A stretch of DNA of 46,210 bases from a virus (Duplodnaviria; Caudoviricetes): positions 1-46,210 of the IMG/VR virus record IMGVR_UViG_3300032118_000841, one strand, 5' to 3'. A program made the position numbers and the translations under genes. How positions within the stretch are numbered: position 1 is the first letter of the stretch; each line of letters starts with the position of its first letter. Below, piece by piece: positions 7,759 to 16,476 of the stretch. Below the pieces are notes generated by a model, which saw only the letters and a list, made by a program, of their open reading frames with translations, was not told where the DNA came from and made no database searches.

Positions 7759-7959
7759 ATGCCAACAATAAGAGAATATCTGACGGACCTAGCAAATAGG
7801 AATACGTCAACAGAGGCAGATGATATGTTTATGAGCAATATCCTGACAAAACTCGGGATTGACGGGCGTTGCACCTGCGGAATTGTATATATTAAGCCGT
7901 ATAATACCGCACCGACAGATATACACACGTTTGCAAAAGCAATATTAAAAATGGAGTAG
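7759..7959 (+). CDS. Hypothetical protein
   Basis: GGAGG RBS, operon packing. Confidence 0.7.
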   Translation: MPTIREYLTDLANRNTSTEADDMFMSNILTKLGIDGRCTCGIVYIKPYNTAPTDIHTFAKAILKME

Positions 7960-7968
7960 TGAAATAAA

Positions 7969-8166
7969 ATGGATGAAGTAGAACTAATAATTGCATTCGA
8001 AAGTGGAGATATAACCGCCAAACAAGTTTTGGAGTTATTCTCGATGCTGATAAAAAACGGACACGCTTGGACTTTGCAGGGAAGTTACGGAAGAATGGCG
8101 ACAAAATTAATTAAATCGGGCTACCTATCGGACCACGGAGATATTTTAAAAGAACCGGAGGCGTGA
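7969..8166 (+). CDS. Conserved small phage early protein of unknown function
   Basis: FESG...LF..LIK.G.AW.LQG.YGR.A..LI..G pattern, recalled from many phage genomes. Confidence 0.7.
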   Translation: MDEVELIIAFESGDITAKQVLELFSMLIKNGHAWTLQGSYGRMATKLIKSGYLSDHGDILKEPEA

Positions 8167-8170
8167 ACAA

Positions 8171-8335
8171 ATGAAACTATTTGTAATAACCATATCAAAG
8201 TTCGTTGGAACTTTCATAAACCAAAATATCATAGAATTACAGGCAGAAAAAATGACGGACCTATTACCGAGTCTAGCATACTACAAACAAATAGACTCAT
8301 ATACGAAAATACAGATTGAAATTGAGGAAGCGTGA
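8171..8335 (+). CDS. Hypothetical protein (54 aa)
   Basis: GGAGGCGTGAACAAATG junction; ends IEEA*. Confidence 0.65.
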   Translation: MKLFVITISKFVGTFINQNIIELQAEKMTDLLPSLAYYKQIDSYTKIQIEIEEA

Positions 8336-8340
8336 ACAAA

Positions 8341-8739
8341 ATGCGTGAACTAAAGAAAGAATTTAACCTGCACATAACGAAAGAGCCGATGATAAAACAG
8401 TATCACAGGGTGTTGCTAATGAAGTATAAATCAAACGGAGTAAAGCCCCACGGTATCTCAATGAAGCGACAGGCAGAAGCCCAGATGGAATACCATTGCT
8501 CGAGGGAAACCTGCGGTGGTTTTATCTTGGACAATACGGGAGACATGAAATTAAATAAGTGGGCGTTAACGTGCAGAAATTATAAAATGTATGGGCATAA
8601 ATCACCCATTGGTAGCGTCATTGGTATAATATCCCACGAATTTATACACTACCTATTAACGGATATTCCACAGGCAAATGACGAGTGGGATAACATAGCA
8701 CACGAATTAGAAACAGATGGATACTTAGGAAGTGGTTAA
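8341..8739 (+). CDS. Small HExxH zincin-like metallopeptidase (paralog 3)
   Basis: SHEFIH...WDNI. Confidence 0.65.
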   Translation: MRELKKEFNLHITKEPMIKQYHRVLLMKYKSNGVKPHGISMKRQAEAQMEYHCSRETCGGFILDNTGDMKLNKWALTCRNYKMYGHKSPIGSVIGIISHEFIHYLLTDIPQANDEWDNIAHELETDGYLGSG

Positions 8740-8740
8740 A

Positions 8741-8863
8741 ATGAACGCAGAACAAAAAGCAAAGTATAAAATTGAAATGAGCAATATCCTCGCATGGGGC
8801 GGAACGAAAGAAGAACAGTTGAGTGCATTTATTCAACTGGTTGAAGAAATATTGGAGGCGTGA
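8741..8863 (+). CDS. Micro-protein (40 aa)
   Basis: Fills the gap exactly; ends ILEA*. Confidence 0.6.
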   Translation: MNAEQKAKYKIEMSNILAWGGTKEEQLSAFIQLVEEILEA

Positions 8864-8865
8864 AC

Positions 8866-9534
8866 ATGAAAAAATCCGATATAGATGAAATATTGATTAA
8901 ACACAAAAAATGGCTGAATAGCGAAATAGGTGGTGAATGGGCAAACCTTGAAGGGGCAAACCTTAAAGGGGCAAACCTTAGAGGGGCAAACCTTGAATGG
9001 GCAAACCTTGAAGGGGCAAACCTTAAAGGGGCAAACCTTAGAGGGGCAAACCTTGAAGGGGCAAACCTTGAAGGGGCAAACCTTAGAGGGGCAAACCTTG
9101 AAGGGGCAAACCTTAGAGGGGCAAACCTTGAAGGGGCAGACCTTAGATGGGCAGACCTTGAGGAGGCAAACCTTAGAGAGGCAAACCTTAGATGGGCAGA
9201 CCTTGAGGAGGCAAACCTTAGAGAGGCAGACCTTGAGGGGGCAGACCTTAGAGAGGCAGACCTTGAGGGGGCAAACCTTAGACGGGCAGACCTTAGACGG
9301 GCAGACCTTAAAGGGGCAAACCTTAGAGGGGCAGACCTTGATTTTAGTTGTTTACCCCTGTGGTGCGGAAGTTTTAAAATGAAAGTAGACGACAACATAT
9401 TAGAACAACTATTAACGCACATAAGACGATTAGATGTGTCCGACTGTTCTACCGCAAATAAAAAACTTGTCCGTTCTATACCGAAACGTGTAGAAGATAA
9501 ACTGCGTAAACGACACAATATAACGGAGGCGTGA
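8866..9534 (+). CDS. Pentapeptide-repeat protein
   Basis: About 27 A(N/D)Lxx repeats encoded by 15-nt units (8938-9342); IL..HK.WL N-terminus and CLPLWCGS cap. Confidence 0.95.
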   Translation: MKKSDIDEILIKHKKWLNSEIGGEWANLEGANLKGANLRGANLEWANLEGANLKGANLRGANLEGANLEGANLRGANLEGANLRGANLEGADLRWADLEEANLREANLRWADLEEANLREADLEGADLREADLEGANLRRADLRRADLKGANLRGADLDFSCLPLWCGSFKMKVDDNILEQLLTHIRRLDVSDCSTANKKLVRSIPKRVEDKLRKRHNITEA

Positions 9535-9539
9535 ACAAA

Positions 9540-9647
9540 ATGCGTGAACTAAAGCGATTGATAAGACTATCGGCAGTTACTAAATTAGACATCATACGAT
9601 ATATATTAGATGAACTAACTACGTTTGTTATGTATGGAGATGAGTGA
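9540..9647 (+). CDS. Micro-protein (35 aa)
   Basis: Same junction and MRELK start as the 8341 gene. Confidence 0.5.
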   Translation: MRELKRLIRLSAVTKLDIIRYILDELTTFVMYGDE

Positions 9648-9648
9648 A

Positions 9649-9996
9649 ATGATTGGTAAAAATAAACCACGAATAAGAACAAAAGAATAAAACAGACAAC
9701 ACAATAAAGAATGGAGACAGCGTGTAAAAATAGACGTAATATCACATTACGGACATGATGGAAAACCAACTTGTGTCAGTTGTGGATTTGATGATATACG
9801 TGCATTATCCATTGACCACATATTTAATGATGGTAGTTCACAAAGAAAGTCAATGCCTGAAACAAAAGGTAGTTGTTTTTATCCATGGTTGCGAAAGCAT
9901 AACTACCCAGTTGGCTATCAAACACTTTGCATGAATTGCCAATTTATTAAAAGGTTTATGGTATTTGAACAACAAAATCAATATAAAGGGGTGTAA
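9649..9996 (+). pseudogene. HNH endonuclease interrupted by an in-frame TAA (9688-9690)
   Basis: MIGKNKPRIRTKE*NRQH...CVSCG...LSIDHIFNDG...YQTLCMNCQ; absent from the ORF track. Confidence 0.75.
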
Positions 9997-10011
9997 TTAT
10001 GATGTTATTGA
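9981..10011 (+). promoter_or_regulatory. 31-bp TATA-containing promoter element, copy 2 (rightward arm)
   Basis: Identical to the reverse complement of 2968-2998. Confidence 0.75.
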
Positions 10012-10019
10012 AGGACAAT

Positions 10020-10358
10020 ATGAAAAAAGAACGAAATAGAATCGGATTATTGCAAATGCTCAGAGAACAGGAAATACGTGATTTAAAAAATGAAAATGTA
10101 AAACGTATTGCGTCTGATTCAATCACGACAGAAAATGATTATTCAGAAAACTTTAATAATGATTGTTGGACTGAAGTTGGCGTCTACACACAAATTGATG
10201 TGTATAATAGAGACGATGGTAGACAAAACATATTTAACAACAAACGAATGGTATCTAATTTAAACAAAGAAACAGACAACGATTTCAATGAGAGACAGTT
10301 CAACATACTTAAAATGTTGAAACAAAAAAGAAAACAGGAGGACAAAAAATATGAGTAA
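10020..10358 (+). CDS. Hypothetical protein
   Basis: ORF from the track; start moved past the promoter element (9999 also possible). Confidence 0.6.
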   Translation: MKKERNRIGLLQMLREQEIRDLKNENVKRIASDSITTENDYSENFNNDCWTEVGVYTQIDVYNRDDGRQNIFNNKRMVSNLNKETDNDFNERQFNILKMLKQKRKQEDKKYE

Positions 10359-10674
10359 TATTCACATCCACTGTGGCGGTGAACTTACGCTACAAAAAGA
10401 AGGAAATTCCCGAGAGTATGACCTATACTTCTGTGACAAATGCCGAAAGGTAGTTAAGGTTTTCACAGCACCATCGTATGATGAATATGTCGCAGAGGGT
10501 TATATTAAAAAACCTGCGGTATATTTCTTTATGCAAAATGGGGCACAGTTTTGTTCAAAATGTGGAACAATGAATAGCACACATGATAAGAAATGTAGAG
10601 GGTGTGGCGGTAAACTTACAGTGAACATCCCAAAACCACGGACAATTACAGACACAGGAAGGTTTGGACTATGA
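10351..10674 (+). CDS. Double zinc-ribbon protein
   Basis: HxxC...CxxC and CxxC...CxxC. Confidence 0.75.
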   Translation: MSNIHIHCGGELTLQKEGNSREYDLYFCDKCRKVVKVFTAPSYDEYVAEGYIKKPAVYFFMQNGAQFCSKCGTMNSTHDKKCRGCGGKLTVNIPKPRTITDTGRFGL

Positions 10675-10766
10675 TTACACTAGAAAACAAATGTCCTAAC
10701 TGTGGTGCATTTAATCACCCAAACAATAAAAAATGTAGAAAATGTGGGGCGTGGTTACACATATGA
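10671..10766 (+). CDS. Zinc-ribbon micro-protein (31 aa)
   Basis: CPNCGAFN...CRKCG; ATGA overlaps at both ends. Confidence 0.7.
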   Translation: MITLENKCPNCGAFNHPNNKKCRKCGAWLHI

Positions 10767-10963
10767 TGAAAAGCATTGTCTATATTATGTATTCGCATAA
10801 ACGACACTACATCGATTCAGACAATTGGTATTATGATACAAAGATTCACGGAATATTCACCGAAGAAGATGTATCGAAGTATAGACTTGAAAGAAAAAAA
10901 GCAAACGTTAAATGCATGATTGTTCCATTAAATAAGTTCGTTGAATCTGGGGTTGAACTATGA
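10763..10963 (+). CDS. Hypothetical protein
   Basis: ATGA coupling on both sides. Confidence 0.6.
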   Translation: MMKSIVYIMYSHKRHYIDSDNWYYDTKIHGIFTEEDVSKYRLERKKANVKCMIVPLNKFVESGVEL

Positions 10964-11295
10964 AGATAAATAAAATCATCGGCAAACCAATCTACTTCAT
11001 TGACAAAAACGGGGCGTGGAGAATTTCAATAGCAACTTCCGTTGTTGGTAACACGATTACAACAACCGATGCAGTTGGTGGTAAGGAACGGATACACCCA
11101 ACGACAAGTAAAATATTCGGTGTGGTAACTTATAGCAAGAAACAACAGGTTGTCTTTGAAGAAATAGAATTTAATCAAATACGAATTGGAAAGAACATAA
11201 AGAACAAGGTTATAAAAAAGGAAATAGATGCAATGAAAGTAAAACCACTTAGGACAAAGCGACCCAGAGCAGGTAGACCAAAGAAGGTGAAATAA
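10960..11295 (+). CDS. Basic protein with C-terminal AT-hook-like motif
   Basis: RPRAGRPKK tail. Confidence 0.55.
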   Translation: MKINKIIGKPIYFIDKNGAWRISIATSVVGNTITTTDAVGGKERIHPTTSKIFGVVTYSKKQQVVFEEIEFNQIRIGKNIKNKVIKKEIDAMKVKPLRTKRPRAGRPKKVK

Positions 11296-11624
11296 TGGCG
11301 ATAACAGACATTCACATAAACAAAAAGATAATAATTAAACACATAGTAGATACTAGCCACGTTTCGGTGTCATTCGCTAGTCACTATGTCCATGATAAAG
11401 AAACAATGTTGGGGTTCTATAATCTAAATTCAGCACACATCTGTTTGATGTTGGATAGAATAAACGATGCAGATAGCGAATCATTTAAAAATAAATCAAT
11501 GGAGGAAAAGGTTTGCTATTGCCTAACACACGAAGAAATACACCACTGGTTAAATGAAAATGAGGGTTCAATGACCTGTTGGAAATTTGACAATATAGCG
11601 TTTAAATTTATGAGAGGAATGTAA
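11295..11624 (+). CDS. Small HExxH zincin-like metallopeptidase (paralog 4)
   Basis: LGFY...ICLML...THEEIH...FDNI. Confidence 0.7.
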   Translation: MAITDIHINKKIIIKHIVDTSHVSVSFASHYVHDKETMLGFYNLNSAHICLMLDRINDADSESFKNKSMEEKVCYCLTHEEIHHWLNENEGSMTCWKFDNIAFKFMRGM

Positions 11625-11695
11625 AATGAAAAAGAGATTCGAGTTGGTAGATGAAGAAGGATATATTTTACTTGTCTATGAGTGGGAGGAATAAT

Positions 11696-11968
11696 ATGAC
11701 AGTAGAATTTAAAAAAGGTCATAATAATTCACGTCACATTGAAGAAAAATTATTGGACAAAGAAGAATCAATATGGTTTATTTCATTCCTTGAGGAAGAA
11801 ATACAAAGACACAAAGAGGCAATAATGAAGTGCGATTATCTAATGAGGTTCTTTCATCTCGTTCCCGTTGTTCGTATTGCATACGAGAGTTCAATTCTCG
11901 GTCATCGAGATGATATCGCAGCAACACAAAGAACCGTTGATTATTTAAAAAATAAGTGGGTGATTTAA
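11696..11968 (+). CDS. Hypothetical helical protein
   Basis: GGAGG RBS before ATG 11696. Confidence 0.65.
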   Translation: MTVEFKKGHNNSRHIEEKLLDKEESIWFISFLEEEIQRHKEAIMKCDYLMRFFHLVPVVRIAYESSILGHRDDIAATQRTVDYLKNKWVI

Positions 11969-12160
11969 ATGAGTGCAAATAAAAAGTCAAGAGACAAAGC
12001 ATACTTTGAAATAGCAACCACAGGCAAAGTTGCACATCCTAAAAACAAACAGATTAAGTTGGCAAACAAACAGAAGAAAGACCGCAGACGTGCAGAGCAA
12101 CGTAAAATAAATCTATCTAAATTTCATCGTGAAAAAGACAGAAATTTCGATGGTGTTTAA
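11969..12160 (+). CDS. Small basic protein
   Basis: GGTGA RBS; K/R-rich. Confidence 0.6.
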   Translation: MSANKKSRDKAYFEIATTGKVAHPKNKQIKLANKQKKDRRRAEQRKINLSKFHREKDRNFDGV

Positions 12161-12791
12161 AATGGAAATACACGATATGCCAAAAATTGAATGCCCATTT
12201 ATTCGTGTAAAATTTCCAGACGGCAGATATTTAGTGACACCAAAAATAAATCCTGGCTATGAATGGGTATTCACAGATGATTCAGTTATGGCAATTGAAA
12301 AACTTCACGGAACAAACGTAAGTATCTTAATTGAACATGGGCAAATAACTCAAATGTGGAATAGAACAACTCGGCTACCTTTCTTTAATAGTGGAAAAAA
12401 ATTTATCACCGAAGGTTTATTAAATTCACATGAACGTGGATATATGGAATTTTTACATGATGGGCAATCATTTGGTGAACTTCTAGGACCGAAAGTTAAT
12501 GGAAACCCATATAAATTAAAAGAACATATTTGGATACCATTCGGAACATTTGCAGTAAAACATTTACATTATAAATCATGGGGTAAGTATCCAAAAGATT
12601 ATGATACCCTCTCTATTTGGTTTAAAGAGGATTTAATCCCATTATATGCTTGTATGGTTCAAGGTTCTGATGCACGAAAAACTGGATTTGTTGAGGGAAT
12701 AGTATTTACACATCCAGATGGAAGAATGGCAAAATTACGCAGAGACATGTTTGAATGGTATTCTGGGCAACAACATAAGGAGGTTAATTAA
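12129..12791 (+). CDS. ATP-dependent RNA ligase (stand-alone adenylation domain, Rlig1/Rnl2-like)
   Basis: Motif I EKLHGTN, motif III FGEL, motif IV EGIVF, motif V MAKLR; true start may be 12150 or 12162. Confidence 0.8.
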   Translation: MKKTEISMVFKMEIHDMPKIECPFIRVKFPDGRYLVTPKINPGYEWVFTDDSVMAIEKLHGTNVSILIEHGQITQMWNRTTRLPFFNSGKKFITEGLLNSHERGYMEFLHDGQSFGELLGPKVNGNPYKLKEHIWIPFGTFAVKHLHYKSWGKYPKDYDTLSIWFKEDLIPLYACMVQGSDARKTGFVEGIVFTHPDGRMAKLRRDMFEWYSGQQHKEVN

Positions 12792-12793
12792 AG

Positions 12794-13639
12794 ATGACGA
12801 TAGTTATTCCAGAACAATTAAAGAATTATGCCTTTCGCTTTATTAGAATAGATATGGAAGGACCAAGTGCCAGAAAGAAACCGCTAGATATAGATTGGCA
12901 GAACACAAATAACTATGCAATAATTGATAGAACTCTTGGGGATTGGGTGATGTTTGGGAACAACTATGGGGTGGTATGCGGTTACGGAAATCTTGCGGTT
13001 ATTGACGCAGATGACCCCGAGATAGATTTTCTGGTATTAAACCGATTGCCAAAGACATTCACGGTTAGAACGGGAAGTGGCGGAAAACACTATTATTATA
13101 TTATACCAGATTTAGAAAAGAAATTTGTGTTGACAAAGGAGGATAAACACTATGGAGAAATTCAATGGAAGGGTTCGCAGGTCGTTGGTCCTAACTCGAC
13201 TCACCCGAATGGAAATCACTATATGGTTGTGGGTGATTATGCTATTGCTACTATATCGAATCAACACATAAAGGAAGTGTTCGAAAAATTTATAACGCCA
13301 AATACCACAGAAAGAACTTATCAGGGTGAAAATCCTCACCAATATATCGACCTTTCTAAGATTATAAACTTAGAAAACTTCAGACAAAAAGGCGGTGAGT
13401 TTGTTGGAAAACATCCAATACACGGCTCATCAACTGGCGGAAACTTCAGCATCAATATAGAAAAAGGACTATGGCATTGCTTCCGTTGTGGAACTGGAGG
13501 CGGTGCGGTGACACTCATTGCCATGTTAAATGGATTCATACAATGTAATAATGCAAGAATTGGTTGTATCACGCCAGAAATCCGTGAACAAGTTGTTCAA
13601 ATCGCAAAGATTAAATATAATTTAATCATAGAGGACTGA
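12794..13639 (+). CDS. Prim-pol (AEP) primase with C-terminal zinc-binding domain
   Basis: NYGVVCG, VIDAD, TGSGGKHYY, VVGPNSTH; HPIH...WHCFRCGTGG. Confidence 0.9.
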   Translation: MTIVIPEQLKNYAFRFIRIDMEGPSARKKPLDIDWQNTNNYAIIDRTLGDWVMFGNNYGVVCGYGNLAVIDADDPEIDFLVLNRLPKTFTVRTGSGGKHYYYIIPDLEKKFVLTKEDKHYGEIQWKGSQVVGPNSTHPNGNHYMVVGDYAIATISNQHIKEVFEKFITPNTTERTYQGENPHQYIDLSKIINLENFRQKGGEFVGKHPIHGSSTGGNFSINIEKGLWHCFRCGTGGGAVTLIAMLNGFIQCNNARIGCITPEIREQVVQIAKIKYNLIIED

Positions 13640-13643
13640 TAAA

Positions 13644-13886
13644 ATGAGTGAATTAAAAAAACTTTGGGCAAAACGAAATAAATTACATAAGAGAACGCAG
13701 GTCCGTCTGAGTGTTGTTGACGACATATTATTAAATCATAGACGACAAACCATTCGTGCTATCGATAGGACAATTAACGATATGAAGTGGTATAGACGAC
13801 AAAACTATTCATACGTTGACGGCTCTGTTACTGAAGTTAAAATACCTAAAAACAATAAGAGAGCAGAAGAAAGCAAATATTTATAG
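13644..13886 (+). CDS. Hypothetical basic protein
   Basis: GAGG RBS; operon packing. Confidence 0.6.
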   Translation: MSELKKLWAKRNKLHKRTQVRLSVVDDILLNHRRQTIRAIDRTINDMKWYRRQNYSYVDGSVTEVKIPKNNKRAEESKYL

Positions 13887-13893
13887 GTGTATT

Positions 13894-14325
13894 ATGAAAC
13901 TAAGGAAAGCGATATCACTAATATTGATTATCACAATGATATGCACCATAGTAACAGCAGGTCTTATGACATACATCGGAAAACTTCAATCGAATATAAC
14001 TGTCGAGCAACCAGTTCGCCTAGATTGGCACAATTACGACAAAACAGTTATGGACAATTTCACTGGAATTGGGGGCAATACGGTGAAACGAAACCACACG
14101 CTTGAGATTAGGTGCGATAGAAATGTTAATTTAACCATAACAACGAAGGCAGTTCAGGGAATATTAACATACTACGAATACTACGAAGGGGTTGTTTGCC
14201 ACAGTCTAACCAATCCTCAACTGTTGTCACCTGGAATATACACGATTATATTCTGTTATGAGTTAGACCTAAATCTTACACCTGCAAAATATATATTACT
14301 TAGCACACTATCGGTGACAAAATGA
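13894..14325 (+). CDS. Secreted or surface beta-rich protein with signal peptide
   Basis: MKLRK plus hydrophobic h-region ending VTA; AGGTG RBS before ATG 13894. Confidence 0.6.
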   Translation: MKLRKAISLILIITMICTIVTAGLMTYIGKLQSNITVEQPVRLDWHNYDKTVMDNFTGIGGNTVKRNHTLEIRCDRNVNLTITTKAVQGILTYYEYYEGVVCHSLTNPQLLSPGIYTIIFCYELDLNLTPAKYILLSTLSVTK

Positions 14326-14549
14326 CGAAAGTAGAGAAGCGAATAGTTATATTTCCGCAGAAGTTTAAATCCGTGACATTAACTATCACTGATGCGGAAT
14401 CATTTAAAGAGGCAGACGAATTGCTGATACACGAAGTATCACGATATATTGACCTATTAGATAAGGAAGATATAGAAGTATTAAAAAGAACAATAGGTTT
14501 GGTGGTTATTGAATCATCAGAAGATTATGGAGTTGACCCAAATGAGTGA
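14322..14549 (+). CDS. Hypothetical protein
   Basis: GGTGA RBS, ATGA overlap. Confidence 0.65.
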   Translation: MTKVEKRIVIFPQKFKSVTLTITDAESFKEADELLIHEVSRYIDLLDKEDIEVLKRTIGLVVIESSEDYGVDPNE

Positions 14550-14817
14550 AGAAGGAAAGAAATTAGAATTGAATTTGAAAGACAATGTTGCAACAAAAGA
14601 ATCGTTTGGTGCGGAAGGACCAACAAAAGAGCAACTCCAGACGATTGAGAAACAAATCATACTTGTGCTGCTCGACACAAAGAAAATGCTAACAACGGCT
14701 GCTGAGTTATACACAAAGTTGCGGTGCTTCCACTTGGTTATATCTTTGGATGCATGTGTGAAAAACATCGATGAATATCTTGCGGAGTATGAACGACAAA
14801 AGGCGGTGAGCAAATAA
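14542..14817 (+). CDS. Hypothetical protein
   Basis: ATG overlapping the upstream stop; GGAG RBS. Confidence 0.6.
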   Translation: MSEEGKKLELNLKDNVATKESFGAEGPTKEQLQTIEKQIILVLLDTKKMLTTAAELYTKLRCFHLVISLDACVKNIDEYLAEYERQKAVSK

Positions 14818-15005
14818 TGTTTGCTTACAATATCGATAGGTTAGTTCAGAAGATAGATGATTTTCTAGCATATGATGTATCACTGAGAATGGCAGAGGAA
14901 TTTATGAAAACCCCAAGCGATGAATATGCAGATTGGCAAGATGAATGCAAAAAAGAATTTGACAAAATGCAACGACAGATATACAGATTTATACTGGAGT
15001 TCTAA
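14817..15005 (+). CDS. Hypothetical acidic protein
   Basis: GGTGA RBS, TAATG coupling. Confidence 0.65.
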   Translation: MFAYNIDRLVQKIDDFLAYDVSLRMAEEFMKTPSDEYADWQDECKKEFDKMQRQIYRFILEF

Positions 15006-15316
15006 TGACGAATAAGAACTATGTGAAAGGTGCAAACTTCGAGAGAAAAGTTAAAAAGCAATACGAAGAATATGGATATCTCGTATTCAGAACTGCGGGG
15101 TCACACTCACCCGCTGATTTGATAGCATTTCCACCTTTGAGAAACATCAAAGAGTGGCAACCAATATTAATCCAATGCAAGAATACAAAGAAAGTGTATC
15201 TTCCAGATGATATGAAAGAACTAAAATCAATTGCAGAGGAACACGGTTTACGTGCAGTTCTCATAAGTAAAAGAGATAAAAAACCAAATTTGGTTACATG
15301 GATAGTGAAAGAATGA
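15005..15316 (+). CDS. hjc: Archaeal-type Holliday junction resolvase
   Basis: KGANFER...GYLVFRTAGSHSPADLIA...LIQCK (Hjc-type PD-(D/E)xK pattern, Q in place of the usual E). Confidence 0.8.
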   Translation: MTNKNYVKGANFERKVKKQYEEYGYLVFRTAGSHSPADLIAFPPLRNIKEWQPILIQCKNTKKVYLPDDMKELKSIAEEHGLRAVLISKRDKKPNLVTWIVKE

Positions 15317-15801
15317 ATGAAGAACTACAAAAGAAAGACTTAACGGTTGTTCTTATTCCAGTAACAGCACAACCTCCAACATTTGGTATGATAATGTCAA
15401 TCATGGCTTTGTATGATAAGTATGATGAGTTCGTGATTTGCGTTAGGGATGACCCGATAGTGCTAGACACGGAGACTATCGTTAAAATGCTATCTCTAAT
15501 ATTCAGATTACCTAAGTTCATGGTTATATCCCACACGCAAAACTTCGAATCTCTGGTTGAGTTTCCTCAAGACCTTCCGTTCTTTAATTACGTTGCTACG
15601 CTATCAGAACGGGTGCATACGAACTTGGTATTGAAGGGCTACGGTAGTTATCTAATACCACGTGCTATGGGGTTTGATGAGATGTTTCACCGCAATGCTT
15701 GGAGACAGAGCAATGCACTGGAAATATTACGTTCAAATATTAAACAAACAAAATTTAAAGATTGTGTAAAAAAACCCGAGCCAAGGGAGGAAGGTGATTA
15801 G
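15313..15801 (+). CDS. Degenerate HUP/cytidylyltransferase-fold protein
   Basis: VVLIPVTAQPPTFGM aligns with G.FDP.HxGH but lacks the histidines; followed by YDEFVICV. Confidence 0.45.
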   Translation: MNEELQKKDLTVVLIPVTAQPPTFGMIMSIMALYDKYDEFVICVRDDPIVLDTETIVKMLSLIFRLPKFMVISHTQNFESLVEFPQDLPFFNYVATLSERVHTNLVLKGYGSYLIPRAMGFDEMFHRNAWRQSNALEILRSNIKQTKFKDCVKKPEPREEGD

Positions 15802-16143
15802 ATGGCATGGACCAGTAGACAGGAAAATGAGGATGTTGTGTTTGTCGCATTCGGAAAAGAGAACGCAAAGGGCGATAATACATACCTTGTTGAAGCAGGT
15901 GGAAGTATCGAAGGTCACGTCACCAAGATAGCAAACTCTGAGACATACAAGAAAGTCTATACCTTACAAGTCGATGGTGTCGAAAAGAAAGTCGTTATCA
16001 CTGGAAAAACTCTGTTGATAAAACAGATGGAACGAAACGAAGTTAAAGAAGGCGACCTAGTGCGAATCACTTATATTGGTATGTTCAAGACAAGCAGAGG
16101 AAAACCAGGATACAACCTGAAAGTCGAAGTTGATAGGAATTAA
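15802..16143 (+). CDS. OB-fold single-stranded DNA-binding protein
   Basis: GGSIEG...VKEGDLVRITYIG...NLKVEV pattern; followed by a terminator. Confidence 0.65.
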   Translation: MAWTSRQENEDVVFVAFGKENAKGDNTYLVEAGGSIEGHVTKIANSETYKKVYTLQVDGVEKKVVITGKTLLIKQMERNEVKEGDLVRITYIGMFKTSRGKPGYNLKVEVDRN

Positions 16144-16164
16144 ATCCTATCTCTTTCATTCTTT
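16132..16164 (+). terminator. Hairpin plus U-rich terminator
   Basis: GATAGGA-ATTAAA-TCCTATC-TCTTTCATTCTTT. Confidence 0.7.
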
Positions 16165-16174
16165 AGAGGTAAAA

Positions 16175-16468
16175 ATGGTAGACTATGAAATTTGGGTAAT
16201 ATGGTGGTGGGATGAAGAACCTTCCACATTTGAAGATATAAAAAGGGATTGTTCAAAAATGACTGATACTGAAAAAGAATCATTTCATATATTAAAACCA
16301 TATGTTACACCAAAAGATATTAAACACATTGAATATACAAAACAAACAAGTCTCGATGAGGCAATTAGATTCTGTCAAATGCGTGGATTTACAAAATATG
16401 TTATATTCAATTCAGATTTCAAGCACGTTGCTACAGATGGTAAACATGTTTTACTAGGATTAGGATAG
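16175..16468 (+). CDS. Hypothetical protein
   Basis: GAGGT RBS before ATG 16175. Confidence 0.65.
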   Translation: MVDYEIWVIWWWDEEPSTFEDIKRDCSKMTDTEKESFHILKPYVTPKDIKHIEYTKQTSLDEAIRFCQMRGFTKYVIFNSDFKHVATDGKHVLLGLG

Positions 16469-16476
16469 GTGAAATA

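Noticed and set aside
8829-9518. Long ORFs on the opposite strand and alternate frame of the pentapeptide gene
   Set aside because: Shadows of a stop-free 15-nt repeat
9688-9690. Stop-codon reassignment or readthrough code
   Set aside because: TAA, TAG and TGA all terminate well-supported genes elsewhere; a single nonsense change is simpler
10671-10766. Ribosomal protein eL40 homolog
   Set aside because: Shares only the generic CxxC...N...CRKCG ribbon; too short to call
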